Shown here: piece after piece, positions 12,870 to 25,925 of the stretch
How the letters are laid out: each line of letters starts with the position of its first letter
Position numbering within the stretch: position 1 is the first letter of the stretch
DNA from: Paraphysomonas bandaiensis
Taxonomy: Eukaryota > Protista > Chrysophyceae
NCBI GenBank assembly: GCA_965644295.1
Contig: CBFFRP010000296.1
Location: 345,946-409,945, forward strand
Direction of reading: 5' to 3'
DNA: 64,000 nucleotides
Translations under genes and position numbers: made by a program
Notes under the pieces: generated by a model
The model's input: only the letters and a program-made list of their open reading frames with translations
What the model was told of the DNA's origin: nothing
Database searches by the model: none

Positions 12870-15800
12870 ATGGTCGAGTTGTATCTGTTTGGCCGCCTAT
12901 TGGCGCAGTGGTGGTGTATATTTGTACTCGTCGAATTACGACACGTTTATGGCTCTAATTGGGCTCAAACAACGGGACCAGTGTCTCAAAATGTAGCAAT
13001 TCCTAGACAACCAACACCAGCGTATTTGCACTGGCGAGAAAGATTTGGCCATGCGGTGGTTCTTGCAGCGGATAGAATTGCAGGAGACGCCGACTCGGAG
13101 CCCATAGTATATCTCCTCGGGGGCGACACATACGAAGGAGATTTTTCGGGTTATGAGGTGCATGCTGATGGTGTAGTGATAATTTTGGTCACGATGTGTT
13201 TATAGCAAAATGTTCGTCAAACAAGGTGGCCTGTAGGTTACAAAAACGATGTGTGGCGTTCTTCAGGAACTGAGTGGACAGTGCGCTCAGACATTCGTCT
13301 GCAAACACGGTACCACCAGAAGATTCCTCGGATTATATCTAATATGGAATGGACTTTAGTGATAAATGGTGAAATGCCCCCACCAGGTGATTTTAATTAC
13401 ATGTAGTGTATACCCAATCGGTTATATCGAACATTCATCAGGTGAGTCGTACGACTACTGGTTGAGGTGTCAACCAGCATTCAGAACTAGACTCCCGAAC
13501 CCATCGATATGTAATCTGGAGGAAAATCAGTACAAGGTAGGTAGTAACAGAAATTGCGGCACTTTTGAATTTGTCAAACGTAATGTTTTTTCTTCTGTTG
13601 TAGGTACAATGGTCACCGCGGAGGAATCATGGTGCCGTATTTTTCAATGGTGAGCACTACTGTCGAATCATTATATGTTTTTTCTCATTTTTCCCTGCTC
13701 TTTGTGTATAAGGCTATATATGGGTGCTGGGCGGACGTGCCCGAGAGCTGACGGATTTACCAGAGTCAGATGCCATAGGTGGTATCCTCACCCCTCGCGT
13801 TCAGGTCTGTGTTTTAACCTTCATAGTAATTGAATGACTTGTATGATAACACTCCACGAATAGGATATATACCGAGAACGGTTCGGTGAGAACTTCGACC
13901 AGTGGTTCACGATGCAAAGAGAAGTTTCTACTCTCAAATCAGATGTCTGGCGGTCCACTGATGGTGAAGAATGGGAAATGGTGACACCAGGGTGCAGAGC
14001 GCCACAAATAAATCTTGTTGCCGGTGGTAACCCCGTGGAGGGTAAGAGTGGCACTTTAGAAAACGCCTGCGAGACGGATGAAGATTGCTATAGCCCCGCT
14101 GAGAAGTGCGTTAATAACGGCGGGCACTATACTTGCGTATGCCAGATGTGGTCACCTCGAGAGGAACATACTGTTGGAGTTTTCGGGGACTATATGTACG
14201 TGGTTGGGGGATACGCTAGCCGTTTATTCAGTCAGATGAGCAATTGTGGGGCCTTTTCTTGCGGAGATATTAATGCTGGGTCCTACAGATTTTATATGAA
14301 TGTAAGATGAAAATGTTGTCTCTCATTTGTGTTGATAAATGCCGACAGGATGTGTGGCGAAGTAAAGACGGAGAGATATGGGAGCCAGCATCCCTTGGTG
14401 GTGATACGAGTTTTCCAGGTCGTGGTGGACATCAAATGATTATTCTGCCAAACGAATTGAACCCTACCAGTATCGATGCCGCACGTTTAATGATATTTGG
14501 TGGATCTGGAGGTGTACCAGAGACTAATGAAGTGTACTACTTCAATGATATATGGTAAGGAGGTTGAGTTTTAACGTTTGGCTTGACATGCATACAGGAC
14601 CGCCCCACTGTCTAATCCATCGGATTGGACTCTGGAAGTGGAACATGCACCCTGGCCTGCAAGGTAAGGGAATTTTCAATATTCTGGCTAGCTCTAACCC
14701 GTTACAGAGCTGGACATACGGTTACTCTAGAGCCGAAATCATCGAGCAATGGGAACATCCGTTTTATTCACTTAGTTGGTGGTATATCAGACGAAGGAAT
14801 TATGGATGACGTATGGTGAGTGTAAATGTATTATTTGTACACACATAATTTTGTGAGTTCAGGTCATGGCGTCCTGATGTAGACGGCGATATATGGCGCA
14901 AGGACTACACCAGTGATGCCTTATTTAGGAAGTCTAATTCACGGTCGGGAAATCTTTATGAAGATAACTCTCCAGCAATTTACTACGTTACACCTGATAG
15001 TAACCTAACGTACATGCGAAAATTTTGGGTTCCCACTGCCAGTAATATTGATGTTCGAGAAGATGGGTCTCGTCCACTTGAGAGGTATAAGATTCTCCAC
15101 ACTCTAACGTGATATACATCTCTCATGCTAAATCATCAGGGAGTGGCTGAACGAACATCAAATTAGTATGCTGCATGGAGAAGGGATTTTCACTATTCGA
15201 CAGCTTGCGGAGGCTGACAAGTATACTATCCTGAAGCTCAGAGGGCATGACTTTCCAGGCGTACCCGAAGAAGATTTGTTGGACTTTTACGACGTTTGTG
15301 ACTACAGAGAACTTGCACTCGCGATAGTGGAGAAATGCAGGTATATTTTAATATAGTCGCATTAGTTTGGAAGTAATACTGGAGTTTCTGTAGAATAAAA
15401 ACCGAGTACACCTATTATGATGGGGAGCTTCAAATGCCCTGGAACAATAACGTCGGTAAGGGAACGAAAAACTTTCAGACGTTTCTGTAATTTTTTGGCG
15501 TCAGAGTTCGATGGTCCCCCGCCTGTCACACTCCCCGCTGAGTGGCATAACAGAGATTACATCGATATGATGGACGTGACAGACCCAGAGGTGATGGTTG
15601 AGGAGTGGGATGGGTGTTCTATATTGCCACTAAATTCCCGACCGAATGTCAACGGACTTGGAAAGGTGTATCAAGTTGAGTCTATTCGCAATCCAAAATA
15701 TGAGATCCAGGAACTGCACTGTCGATATAATCCAGGGCCGAGAGCATATCATGCGGCGCTTTATTTTGAAGAACGGCTGTATATATTTGGAGGCAGGAAG

Positions 15801-17018
15801 TCCGAGACAGAGTTCTACGGCGATAGTTGGTACCGCGACAACCGCATGCCATCAGTAAGTATCAAAGATAAGCCGAAACAGAATTCTCCGAACAGTATAT
15901 TTCGATTTGAACCGGATGAACCTGGCTGTCATTTCGAATACCGTGTATGGGATGTGTTTAGATACAAGGAGATAAGGGAGTGGACTCCTGTGGTGTGGAA
16001 AACTAATGTTGGTACGTGATGTACATTGGATGCGTTATACGTGCCTTACATATAGCGCAGAGTGGCTGGATTGGCGTAAAGGAGGACCTGGTAATGGTCG
16101 ATATGTTTTATACGTTCGTGGGGTTGATGCAGCAGGGAACAGAGACGAAACGTATCGTCTTGGGAGGAATGTCTTTTTATGGGATTACGTGTCACCCACG
16201 CCATGGGATATTATATTCGGTTGTATTGCTGGTTTCTTATTCTTGGCCTTCCTTGCCTACCTCGAATACAGGCGGCGAGTGAAAAAGGCGGCAATGGAAC
16301 GATACGCAATGAAGCGAATGAGAAGAAAATTTAAGGCCATGCAAAGAGATTTGGATGGAAGAGCCGTCGACTGGCGAACACTTTATCAAGAGGTCGGTGT
16401 ATGATTGTTTGTCTACTACTTTATCGGTGTAACCCAATGACACTTGCATGCAGCACAAAGAGGCGAAAGAAAATGAAGATAAGGATGGCAAAAAGCGTCA
16501 AAAAGAAATGAAAAAGGTCGATTTCTCACTTACATGTTACATATTGTATGGGCTGATATTCGGAAATGTTTTCAGAAACGAGAGAAGGCGAAGGAGGCAC
16601 GAGAGAAAGAAAAGGCGAAGCGAGAGAAGGAAAAAGAAAAAATACGCAAGAAGCTGAAGGATAAGGAAAAGCAAAAAGGAACGGCATCTATTGCAGCACC
16701 TATCCCTGCGAAACAAATCGAGCATGTGAAGAAAACAGATGATGTATAAAGCTGCGTAGTGAATGCTTCATCTTGGCTCATAGTTTTTTCAGAAATATTT
16801 GACGTCGGAGAAGAAAGAAAGGCGGGGAATAAAATCCGGGGACACTGCAGTAGTAGCGAAAGGTGATACAGGTATTGGTAGATTTGTGTTACTATGTCTG
16901 TGTCTCATTTATTTCGTCAAAAGGGGGAGAGCTTGTAAAGCGCCAAAGTAAGCGATTCAAAGATTATGAGACTGGAAGTGATGGAGGGAAAACACAGCAC
17001 AGCAAGAAGAATGTGTAG
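12870..17018 (+). CDS. Multi-exon Kelch-repeat type I membrane protein with Lys/Glu-rich cytosolic tail
   Basis: N-terminal hydrophobic leader; repeated R.GH/H, (Y/W)(V/L).GG and (N/S/D)DVW Kelch motifs; TM IIFGCIAGFLFLAFLAYLEY followed by RRRVKK; charged tail; last exon ends ...SKKNV TAG 17016-17018. Confidence 0.75.
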
Positions 17019-17846
17019 TTTTTGTATTTGGGTATTTTGTTATATATGTATGTTTCCATACTTAGTTACGCGGACTGTTAATAATGATGGCAACCACCAG
17101 GTGATGGTGGCATATATTTTGTACCTCGTATTGGAAATCTGTTTTAACTCCTCATTTAATGATAGTATACATTCGTGCTGAAATTGAGTTATATTTACTC
17201 GTCGGTACTGCTGTCTGTATCGAAGGGTCGCAGGTATAGGCTACAGATTTCTATTCGTGTAAATCTTAAGATATATCATACTTTACGATATACGCTATTA
17301 GTAGAACCAATAAAGTCTATAATTTATAAAAGTTTCATTGCGGTATTAAAATAAACTACCTATAAATAGCTTAGCCTGAATTTCGAAAGAATAACATTTC
17401 CACAAGCCATCGTCCGAATCACCACACACACAATTTATTATCGACGTTGTGCTTGTGAGTACCATTATCGGTCCCAAGGTCACGGTCACACCCAACCAGA
17501 ATCCGTTGTGGGCATGCATGCTTGCATGCATTAGGCCAGGGCAGGTGTGATGCAAGTAATATAGCCTTCAGAATCAAAATCATGTCATGTGTTTTGCATG
17601 TATCGAACACGGACGCAAACTCGACAAAATAAATATGGCAGTACTAAGAAAGCCGTTTGTATATATTTTCTGTTTACACTACAATAAACATTGCACATAA
17701 AAATAAAAATTTTTAACTGATTCATTTGTCGAGTAGATGGTCTCATCAAGAATTCCGCATATATACATTAGCATCCACAACATCAATTTCTGTGCCAGAG
17801 AGGTATCATTGAGAAATTGAGTTTGAATAAAGCGAGAAATTCCGTA

Positions 17847-17874
17847 AAAAAGTCGGACTCGCACCTTTTCGTGG
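17847..17874 (+). repeat. Dispersed 28-bp repeat, copy 2
   Basis: Identical to 10085-10112; both are followed shortly by TTACC(A/G)GAGAT. Confidence 0.8.
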
Positions 17875-19439
17875 CGTTACCAGAGATGTCATGTATATCA
17901 ACATTCTGCTTGCTCACTGCGTTTGCTTTAAGTGATTGATGCCGAGTTAACATTTATTCGGGATCTGTGTTGCCGATGACCGAGGTAATGCGTCAAACTT
18001 TCCTCATGGGTGCATGGCAATGGCAATGTGATTAGAGACCTGTTATGTCTTCCCACACGTCTACTTCCTAGTCTCCTGAACCAGGCCATTGAGTTATAAC
18101 AAGGCTCTCACACTGTTTGGAGAACAGTGTCAGGTACATTTTTGGTGCTTTTATGTTAGTCTTGCTTATAGTAAGTTTTCATCCGAGCGTGGAAGGAGCA
18201 CGGTTTCCTACTACTAGCGTAAGTCACTCGGGAGAAGAGTGTAAGGTGGATGCATGTGTTGGACGAGTGCACACAATGGATAGAAGACATTGGAGTCAGA
18301 TTGAAGTTGTAACAGATATTCATAGATGTCTTTTTCATGCGTCAGTGTGCAAAATTGCACCAGTAAGACCGCTTCGTGGCCGTGGGAGGACCCGGCGCTA
18401 GTACTACTCTACTCTCCCCTCCAGAGACTATTAAGCAAGAAATTAAAAGCTGTAGTGAAATATATATAACCGTTGATGAAGAAAACAATAGCTAAAGGCA
18501 GTATTTTTTTTATATGTCGTGATGAAATGTTGCAAACTAGATTATACAGCTAAACTGAAATATCGAGACTGTCTAATATTATTCTTATAACTGATTGTAA
18601 AGCCAATCAAAGCGGCAAGTTGCGATAAATTATTCGGCCTAATTGCAGCTTTGTCCTGGCGTGCTGCATGAAACCATATAAGTGCCTTTTCAGTAAATGC
18701 CTTTTAATCTTGAAATGGACACCCAGAGGTTTTGGGCAGCCTACCGAAGCCAAGCATCTGGGATGAGTTTTCAGCTCTAAGAATTATGAGAAGTTAGCAA
18801 GGGTGAGTAAAGCATTATTCTGTTCGCTCTCTGCGCCTGTTTCGCGTAAACAATGCTGCACAAGAGTTCACAATATTCACTGTCTCAGTGGCCAATGATT
18901 GAGGTAAATCGTGAAACTTTCTGGTTATGACAATCTGATTAGACCTCCTAAACCTTTATTGCCAGGCCTTAGTTGCTCCTGCTTCAGAGCATTGGGGTTA
19001 AAACAAGGCTCTGACAGTGTTCATCAAGCAGTAACAGGTACAGTTGCGCATTTTATGTCATTCTTGCACAAGTTTTTTGATTGAGCTGATAATGTGTACA
19101 TTTTCTATTCCTGAAGGGGGTAAAGTGGATTCATGTGCTGGAGAATAAAAACAAGAGAAGAAAAAATAGAAATTACTTCAAATAGTTGTAGATTTCGGTA
19201 GAAAACTGCCTATGAAATCTGTACCCTCGCTGTCTATACGTCGACGATATATCATCAAGCTTGGGTAACAATTAATTGGCGAGAGGTATCCAACAATAAC
19301 AATAGCAATTATTAATTAAGCGTCCAACTATTGGCATTGTAATTAACGGAATATAATTGCCCACTAATTGTCTTCAATTCTATTGCTGGCCTTTAAATAG
19401 CTTTCTGAACTACAAGCTCATCCCAAAGATGTATATTTT

Positions 19440-20011
19440 TACGCAGAAACATCAAAACATTTCAAGGTGTCTAGGTGTCACTCGCTTGCGACAAGCAGTT
19501 ATAAAATCTTCGTGCTTCTTAATTCTAAACAACCTCTCACAATCACTGGTAGTACTATATCAATGCTTCATACAACGATATCGCATATTGTAAGTTTTGT
19601 GCGTGCTTTCTTGAGCTTTCCGTTGTCTTCAAGTAAAGGAAATGCCTCGTTGACCTCATCAACATCTTTCTCTTCATCAAATACATCTTCATCTGGAGGT
19701 ACGTCATTTATCAAAAAGCGTCGCACCTGTGGTTTTTCAGCTCTTCCTTACCACGCTGAATCTTGACTACTGTATTCTCGAAATCTGCAGTCTGAACAAT
19801 GTTCGCGTCTGTACCCAGGTGGCATTTCATCCCAACAAGGATACTCACGAATTATATCATCAAATTGTACCCGGACATCATCAAACAAACTGTTATTCTC
19901 CATCTGAATGCAAATGTTTGCGTACAATATCATCATTGCATCAAAAAGCGACGAAGGCTTGCAGCAAGCCAAATCAAAATTTATGCCCACACAGAGAGAG
20001 GGGAGGAGCAA
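19440..20011 (-). pseudogene. Possible decayed coding fragment
   Basis: The ORF 19748-20011 frame continues past its TAA as protein-like text (GRAEKPQVRRFLINDVPPDEDVFDEEKDVDEVNEAFPLLEDNGKLKK...) with further in-frame stops. Family not recognised. Confidence 0.3.
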
Positions 20012-20393
20012 GGGGGCGCTGATATCGCGATCTCAGTACTCTTGATTTGCCTGCCACTTCGGAATCTTCGTCACGCAAGAACTGGACTCAGAGACAACCA
20101 CGGTTCACCGGTGGTGCATTTGGGACTTCTTAGAAGAAATCAACATGGAGGACTGTTCATAGGGCCTACGTTAATGTCAACAAAACTCCATGTTGATATC
20201 CCTTATATATCTTGGAGATCGCATATGTCTTTAACACCCCTGCATGATTCAGCCAGACTTAACACCAAGCCAACACGACTAATTGTCTCCGGCAATGCGT
20301 AGATAATATCGCGAAGAGGTAATATACTCAATGAATTATTATGGTGGCATGTGTATTATTTTTCTGGCGCTATTTACAGTCAATACACAGACA

Positions 20394-22543
20394 CTACATT
20401 CGTATATTATTCGTTTGTTGTTGTATCCAATCGTATTGAGTGGTTCGTGGATTATCTATACTTTCTTTAAGCAAATATTGAACATCTGTTGGAGTTGATA
20501 CGAATTCGAACCTACGGAATAATTAGTGTCTAACGACAGTGTTGATTTCTTAAGACATCCTCACCTGGTTCGAATGGACTCAGAAGAACTTCCTGCTGTC
20601 CCACATGCACCCTACGTGCGAGATTTCAAAAATAACACAGAACATTGCACTGAGCTCTCTGACCTGTTCTATAGCGCATATGTTTTCAATATTCCGCTTG
20701 ATAGCAAAAAAACCTTTGATCAATAAGTCTTCAAAGGTTCTAAACGCATCACTACTATATCCCCCCATCAATTCTACGTACTCGGCCGTCATCTTGAACG
20801 GTGCGGTTTCAAAGTTCATGTTGAACGCAGGCGATTCTCCTAGTATAAATCCAAAATCTATGTGAATAATGCGTCCTCTGTCGTCTATAAGGATGTTGCC
20901 ATTGTGTCTGTCCTTCACTTGAAGCGCGTATGTAACAAGGGAATATCCAACCAGACTTCTGATAAACTGATTAAGTGCACGCTCGAACTGCGAAGAATTG
21001 CGTTGTCCAAACTTGAATTCGAAATATTGCAACAATGTCGCACCGGAGGGGCGCGATGACACTTTTGTCCCCATCCACCTCCCAACCCCTGCATCAGCGC
21101 CTTTCAAAGCTACACCGTGACCCTCTTTCAGAGATATCTCACACTTCTTTATCGCGTCCACTGAGAGTGCGTCGTCTAGATACTCCACGAGGCCAGAAGA
21201 TGGGCCAGTGGGATATATGCGATACGGTCGTAAAACAATATCCAAGCCTTGAGAAGAAAACACCTCGCTAAAAGCTTCTATAAATTGCATAGCCAAGGCT
21301 TCACGTTGAAGGTCCGCACCCGCCTTCACAACTAGTGCTGTCATATCCCAACCAGGGAGGTGGCCGAACGGACTCCGTGCCTTGACCTGCTCCTTCTTCT
21401 CAGTCCAGGAAGTCGGTGGACTGAATGTCGGAAGAGAAGTGTGAGCAGTATCGAAATCAGTCTGCCCCCCACGGGTAGAGCTAGAATGTGCAAACGAATC
21501 CCCAGGCTCGTGGCCAGAATAGTTCGGTGTCCATGATAAAGAACTAACAGTTGCTGCACACTCATGCGGTGTGAGTCTTCGAATGCGTCTTCTTCCAACA
21601 CCAGTCAAATTGTGCATAGATGTAGAATTCAATTTTGATTGTGCAAGAGCGAGTCTTTCCCGTAACTCCCCCTGACAGTATGTCTGCATGCTGTCCCCTG
21701 TGAACTCCTGTCGTATAACTTCTACAGTGAGGAGGTATGGGGAACGGTCCCTGCTGGGCAACACCCGACACTCTGGTAGCACCACATTCACTAGTCGAAG
21801 GACATGATCCGTGCACCTCGAAAGAGGGTAGTGCAATGCAAATGCTGGATCAGGCCCGAAACGGCGATTAAACACTCGGGAGCGAATGAGCGCATTCACG
21901 TCCCGCAATCCTAGCATCAGCTGACCGTGTCGCCTCTCGACTGGCGTAGAAATTAGTACGAGCAGCATTTACAGGACTACAACAATACCTGGTAGGCCAT
22001 TAATAGAAACACTTAGTGCAGTCAACAGCTCAACGAGAGAGATGCAATTCCAGAAGTATTCTGATCGTATTGCAGCCAGTGCCGCAGGTAGATTGTCGCC
22101 TTGTGCTATTGACTGTAATACACGTGCTTTCAGAGCATTAATTCTTTCACTTCGTTTGCTATGGGCGGTGTTCAGCAATGAACCATAGAGAAGTTTGTTG
22201 TTCATATTGGATAAGCTCGCCTGCAGTCACATCATCACTATCAGATGTGGTCGCAGCTGTCAGTTACCTTCACAGTATGATGAGCTTTCAGTCCGAATAT
22301 AAAGTTCTTCTTGCATCTGTCAATCACAGAGCTCTCCAGTGAACTATAAGCCGGTAGTTCCGTACTCTCATCAGGTGCATTAACCACTACACTGCAGAGC
22401 TGTGGCAGATACTCCTCAATGACATCATCTCCAACACCCTCTAACACACTCACAGGGTTACCTCCCCACCCCTTATCACCACTACGAGTCAACGAAAACA
22501 GACGAATCAATAGGGGCAAGAAACCAAGCACCCCCACTCCCAT
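20394..22543 (-). CDS. Phosphatidylinositol 4-kinase type III beta-like (spliced)
   Basis: EYLPQL helical segment, VVKAGADLQREALAMQ, SLVGYSLVTYALQVKDRHNGNIL, HIDFGF, FETAPFKMT, terminal exon TTQYDWIQQQTNNIRM; a 48-nt intron (21941-21988) joins the 21969-22205 and 20580-21968 ORFs. Confidence 0.9.
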
Positions 22544-22609
22544 TGCACTCCTTGTTATGCTGATGCATAGATGTGCATACAGAGCAGACTTTGCATGATG
22601 ATGCCTGTC

Positions 22610-22799
22610 TATGTATGTATGTATGTATGTATGTATGTATGTATGTATGTATGTATGTATGTATGTATGTATGTATGTATGTATGTATGTATGTATGTAT
22701 GTATGTATGTATGTATGTATGTATGTATGTATGTATGTATGTATGTATGTATGTATGTATGTATGTATGTATGTATGTATGTATGTATGTATGTATGTA
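22610..22799. repeat. (TATG)n microsatellite, about 47 perfect units
   Basis: Uninterrupted tetranucleotide run of about 190 bp. Confidence 0.98.
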
Positions 22800-23006
22800 C
22801 AGCAGTATGTACAAAAAGTCGACCAGGCAAAAACTCCCGGGTTTTTAGCTGTACTGTATAGTATACTCAAACAACCACAAAGGGCAATTTTTGCCTGTTT
22901 GATTTCGCGGATATGCATGTACAGGTCTAGAGGCAGGTTGTGTGTATACTGTACCTACATGTATGCATGTAGTTGAACAGCAGGTATGAATAGGAGGTAG
23001 ACGCAT

Positions 23007-24059
23007 ATGCTCTATATCTCATTCTTACTTGTACTCCTCTCCCCCGCCTTTGCGGGATGGTCTGTAGTCCCTCTATCGGAGTGCACAGAGTGTCTTCAGA
23101 GCGGTTACTGTGAGCGTATTAATTCATGGTGTCTACAATACACTCCTGACCCTTCACACACCCGCATCACCCCCTCAGAGTTCACCAAACAGATCTCTCC
23201 TGGGTCAGTGATAGTATTCTATGGCGATAGTGTGATTCGAGGGTTGTTTATTGCGGCGTTAGAGTATTTCGGACTGGGTGAGTGGTACGATCAGACCCAC
23301 CAAGCGATCGTTCACGCCATGCTGGCATCTGGCAAGTCGCTTCCAAGGGCGCATGCTATAATGGATCATACCTATCTCTGTCCGCCGCCTATTGTGGAGC
23401 ATAAGAATCTGACTCTCGCTTTTATGTGGAACCCTTCTCTTCACATCCCGCACTTTTTTACCAAGCGACCATGGGCAACAAATTGCACCCATAGGTGCCC
23501 CTCGACTGTGAATATTTCGAACTGTGATGGTAGTCATCGACCTACCGTTGACTTGCGATGGCGATGTGGCAATGCGTTGGATAGTCTTCAAGTGAATGGT
23601 TCAAGTAAGAGGCAATTCATTATCGTATCTGGTACAGGGATTCATTCAATCATCTATCAATTTTCTTCGCTTAAAGCACCACACAATATGAGTGATCAGG
23701 GAACTTATAAAGAAACCGAGAGAAAAATTTATGAGTGGGTAAAGGATTTCAGCTCTTGGGCAGAATGCCAGGGTAATTTAAGAGCGCATAATGCCTTGGA
23801 AATTCTCGTGCCTACCCTGGAACTACAGAAACTTGGGTGGGTCAAATCACGGGTTTTTGAGTACAATACGATCAGTGAAATTGTATTGCGTGCCATGAAG
23901 GAAAACGACTACCTCTCTAAAGTAGTGTTTCATGAGTATTTAAATGCGACTTCTTATATAAACCATCTCGCCTCTGTGGATGGAATTCACTACAAAAATG
24001 TTTTTAACCGATTGGTAGTCGAGAAAATACTAGGCGAGGCAGTTTTGGCTTTTAAGTAG
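23007..24059 (+). CDS. Secreted SGNH/GDSL-type hydrolase or O-acyltransferase (PC-esterase-like)
   Basis: Intronless 350 aa; signal peptide MLYISFLLVLLSPAFA; IVFYGDSVIR and C-terminal DGIHY motifs. Confidence 0.8.
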   Translation: MLYISFLLVLLSPAFAGWSVVPLSECTECLQSGYCERINSWCLQYTPDPSHTRITPSEFTKQISPGSVIVFYGDSVIRGLFIAALEYFGLGEWYDQTHQAIVHAMLASGKSLPRAHAIMDHTYLCPPPIVEHKNLTLAFMWNPSLHIPHFFTKRPWATNCTHRCPSTVNISNCDGSHRPTVDLRWRCGNALDSLQVNGSSKRQFIIVSGTGIHSIIYQFSSLKAPHNMSDQGTYKETERKIYEWVKDFSSWAECQGNLRAHNALEILVPTLELQKLGWVKSRVFEYNTISEIVLRAMKENDYLSKVVFHEYLNATSYINHLASVDGIHYKNVFNRLVVEKILGEAVLAFK

Positions 24060-24161
24060 ATCTTTTGTTGTAATAGTAACTTCAGCGCAATGTATATAAA
24101 ATCCGCTATTTCATGACCAGCAGCAATATATGTGGTGTACTCCCATTACATGTATTTACTC

Positions 24162-24919
24162 CAGGGTCTGGTAACCATTAATGGTTGTCTAGTTCCCGGC
24201 AATTATAGTGGCCATTAATACCTAAGTAGAAAATACCGCTCATAATAGATAGTGTGGTGCTCCCTTGTTAATTACTAATTTAGTAAATTAACAGACTACG
24301 AATCGCAACTACTTCTCGCTCTCCACTGGCACATCAAGATCTTCTCGCAGGGCTTCATGGTTCATGGAGGGCATAAGCATCCCACAACATGTAATTGGCT
24401 CGTAAAAATAGCATCGATTCTATACGATATTGATTCATGTTTCTACGCTCAGGTGTTATAATAAACTTTGCACGACTAAAGAGCCTCTCAACAACAATAT
24501 TAAATGTTTCGATATAAAGCAACCAGTGGTAGTTGGACTCATAAGTACCAAGTAGAGTTCTCTTGGTGATCTCGGCGCTATCCAGAACACGCTGTGCAAA
24601 ATCAGTTCCTTCATTTTGTCGTGATTTCTGTCGGACCAGAGCAAGCTGGCATTCTTAAGCACCTTTAGATCTTTGTAATGCCAGTTTGCTTGCTCAGAAA
24701 ACAAAGTAATTGATAATGAACAAAGTTGCCACAAAGTAGCTGTAGAATTGCATGAACTTGCTTAACATTGTTTAGATTTCACTTAGTTCTATATATAGCG
24801 TATATCAATTACCAGTACATGCCATTAATGGTAGCCCAGTTCCCGGCAATTATAGTGGAAACAATGAAAAACGTCCCGGCAATTATAATGGCATTACCAT
24901 TAACGGCTATTAGGCCCTG
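24162..24919. mobile_element. Non-autonomous hAT-type DNA transposon, 758 bp
   Basis: Imperfect TIRs CAGGGTCTGGTAACCATTAATGGT / CAGGGCCTAATAGCCGTTAATGGT (19/24); perfect 8-bp TSD ATTTACTC at 24154-24161 and 24920-24927; subterminal TCCCGGCAATTATA repeats near 24194, 24841, 24874. Confidence 0.85.
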
Positions 24920-25925
24920 ATTTACTCGAGATATATTATTCAATCTCATCAAAGTAGTTGATTTATCTCGCCATTATAAATTCCAAGATTTGTCTATGAT
25001 TAGGCCTAGTCAATTTGTTTTAATTGAAAACCTTGCATAAATTAAAAGGTCTTTTCTACAACCATCGCTGAAACATTATGACTGTTCACGTTACTAGCTT
25101 CACACTCCACACCATATTATCGGATTGTTGGAGAGCTTCAAAAACAACTCCTACACTACAGTGAATTCGTACATATGCACTTGAAACACTGCATGTGTAT
25201 ACTAATATAGTATATTCGTCATAATAGGATAGATTCCTTAAGTCAGAAGAAGAGAAGTTGGTCAATGATCAATGATGCTGTGCTGCCATCTTCCTCCTCT
25301 TTTATTTTACTGCAGAAACACCTTTTATTTGTTATGAGTTTTTATTTCAAATTTCAATTACCCCAAAGAGGAATGCGTGAAAAATCCTGTGTATACCAGT
25401 GAAGAAAAATAGGTTTTTATGTAGTATAAAGTATAAAGTAATCACTGTATTACAGGTATCCCATATATGTGTGGTTTGGGAGGCCCGATACAAAATCAAG
25501 TGCAAGGCCTAGTATCGTTCCTGACTGCAATTCTACGCGGTTTTGGAACTACTGGCCCCGCTTGCTAGCAGTACATAAATTATGTACTTGGAATACTGCG
25601 AAGTGCCAAGAACTAAAAAAACTTAGTTGTAGTTCCGGATCTCTAATGTTCCTGATAGAGTTCTTGTCCCTCCAAATATTGTGGGGTTCAACGCCCATAA
25701 GACGAAGAAGGGTGTGGAACTTCATTGGAGAGACTGAGCAGTTCTCATTCGATAGCAAAAATTAAGTGTGATGTGGCGTACTGCATGCGTATACGTGGCT
25801 GCAACTAGATGTCGCGTGTATATTGACATCGATTGTTTGTGGAGTATGTCATCCTGTTCAAGTGAATACTTTGGTTTTGAGGAAGTGAATACCATAAACA
25901 CCTGCAACCTCATCATTGGAAAGCT

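Noticed and set aside
18117-18401. Small ORF with a signal-peptide-like start
   Set aside because: Short, no recognisable domain, and in a repeat-littered gap; cannot be supported without expression data.
21941-21988. Apparent stop-codon readthrough between in-frame ORFs 21969-22205 and 20580-21968
   Set aside because: The TAA lies within a 48-nt GT-AG intron, so no recoding or alternative genetic code is needed.
22241-22976. ORFs with HTYI or MYVC repeats
   Set aside because: Translations of the (TATG)n microsatellite; the PI4K coding sequence most plausibly starts at the ATG at 22543.
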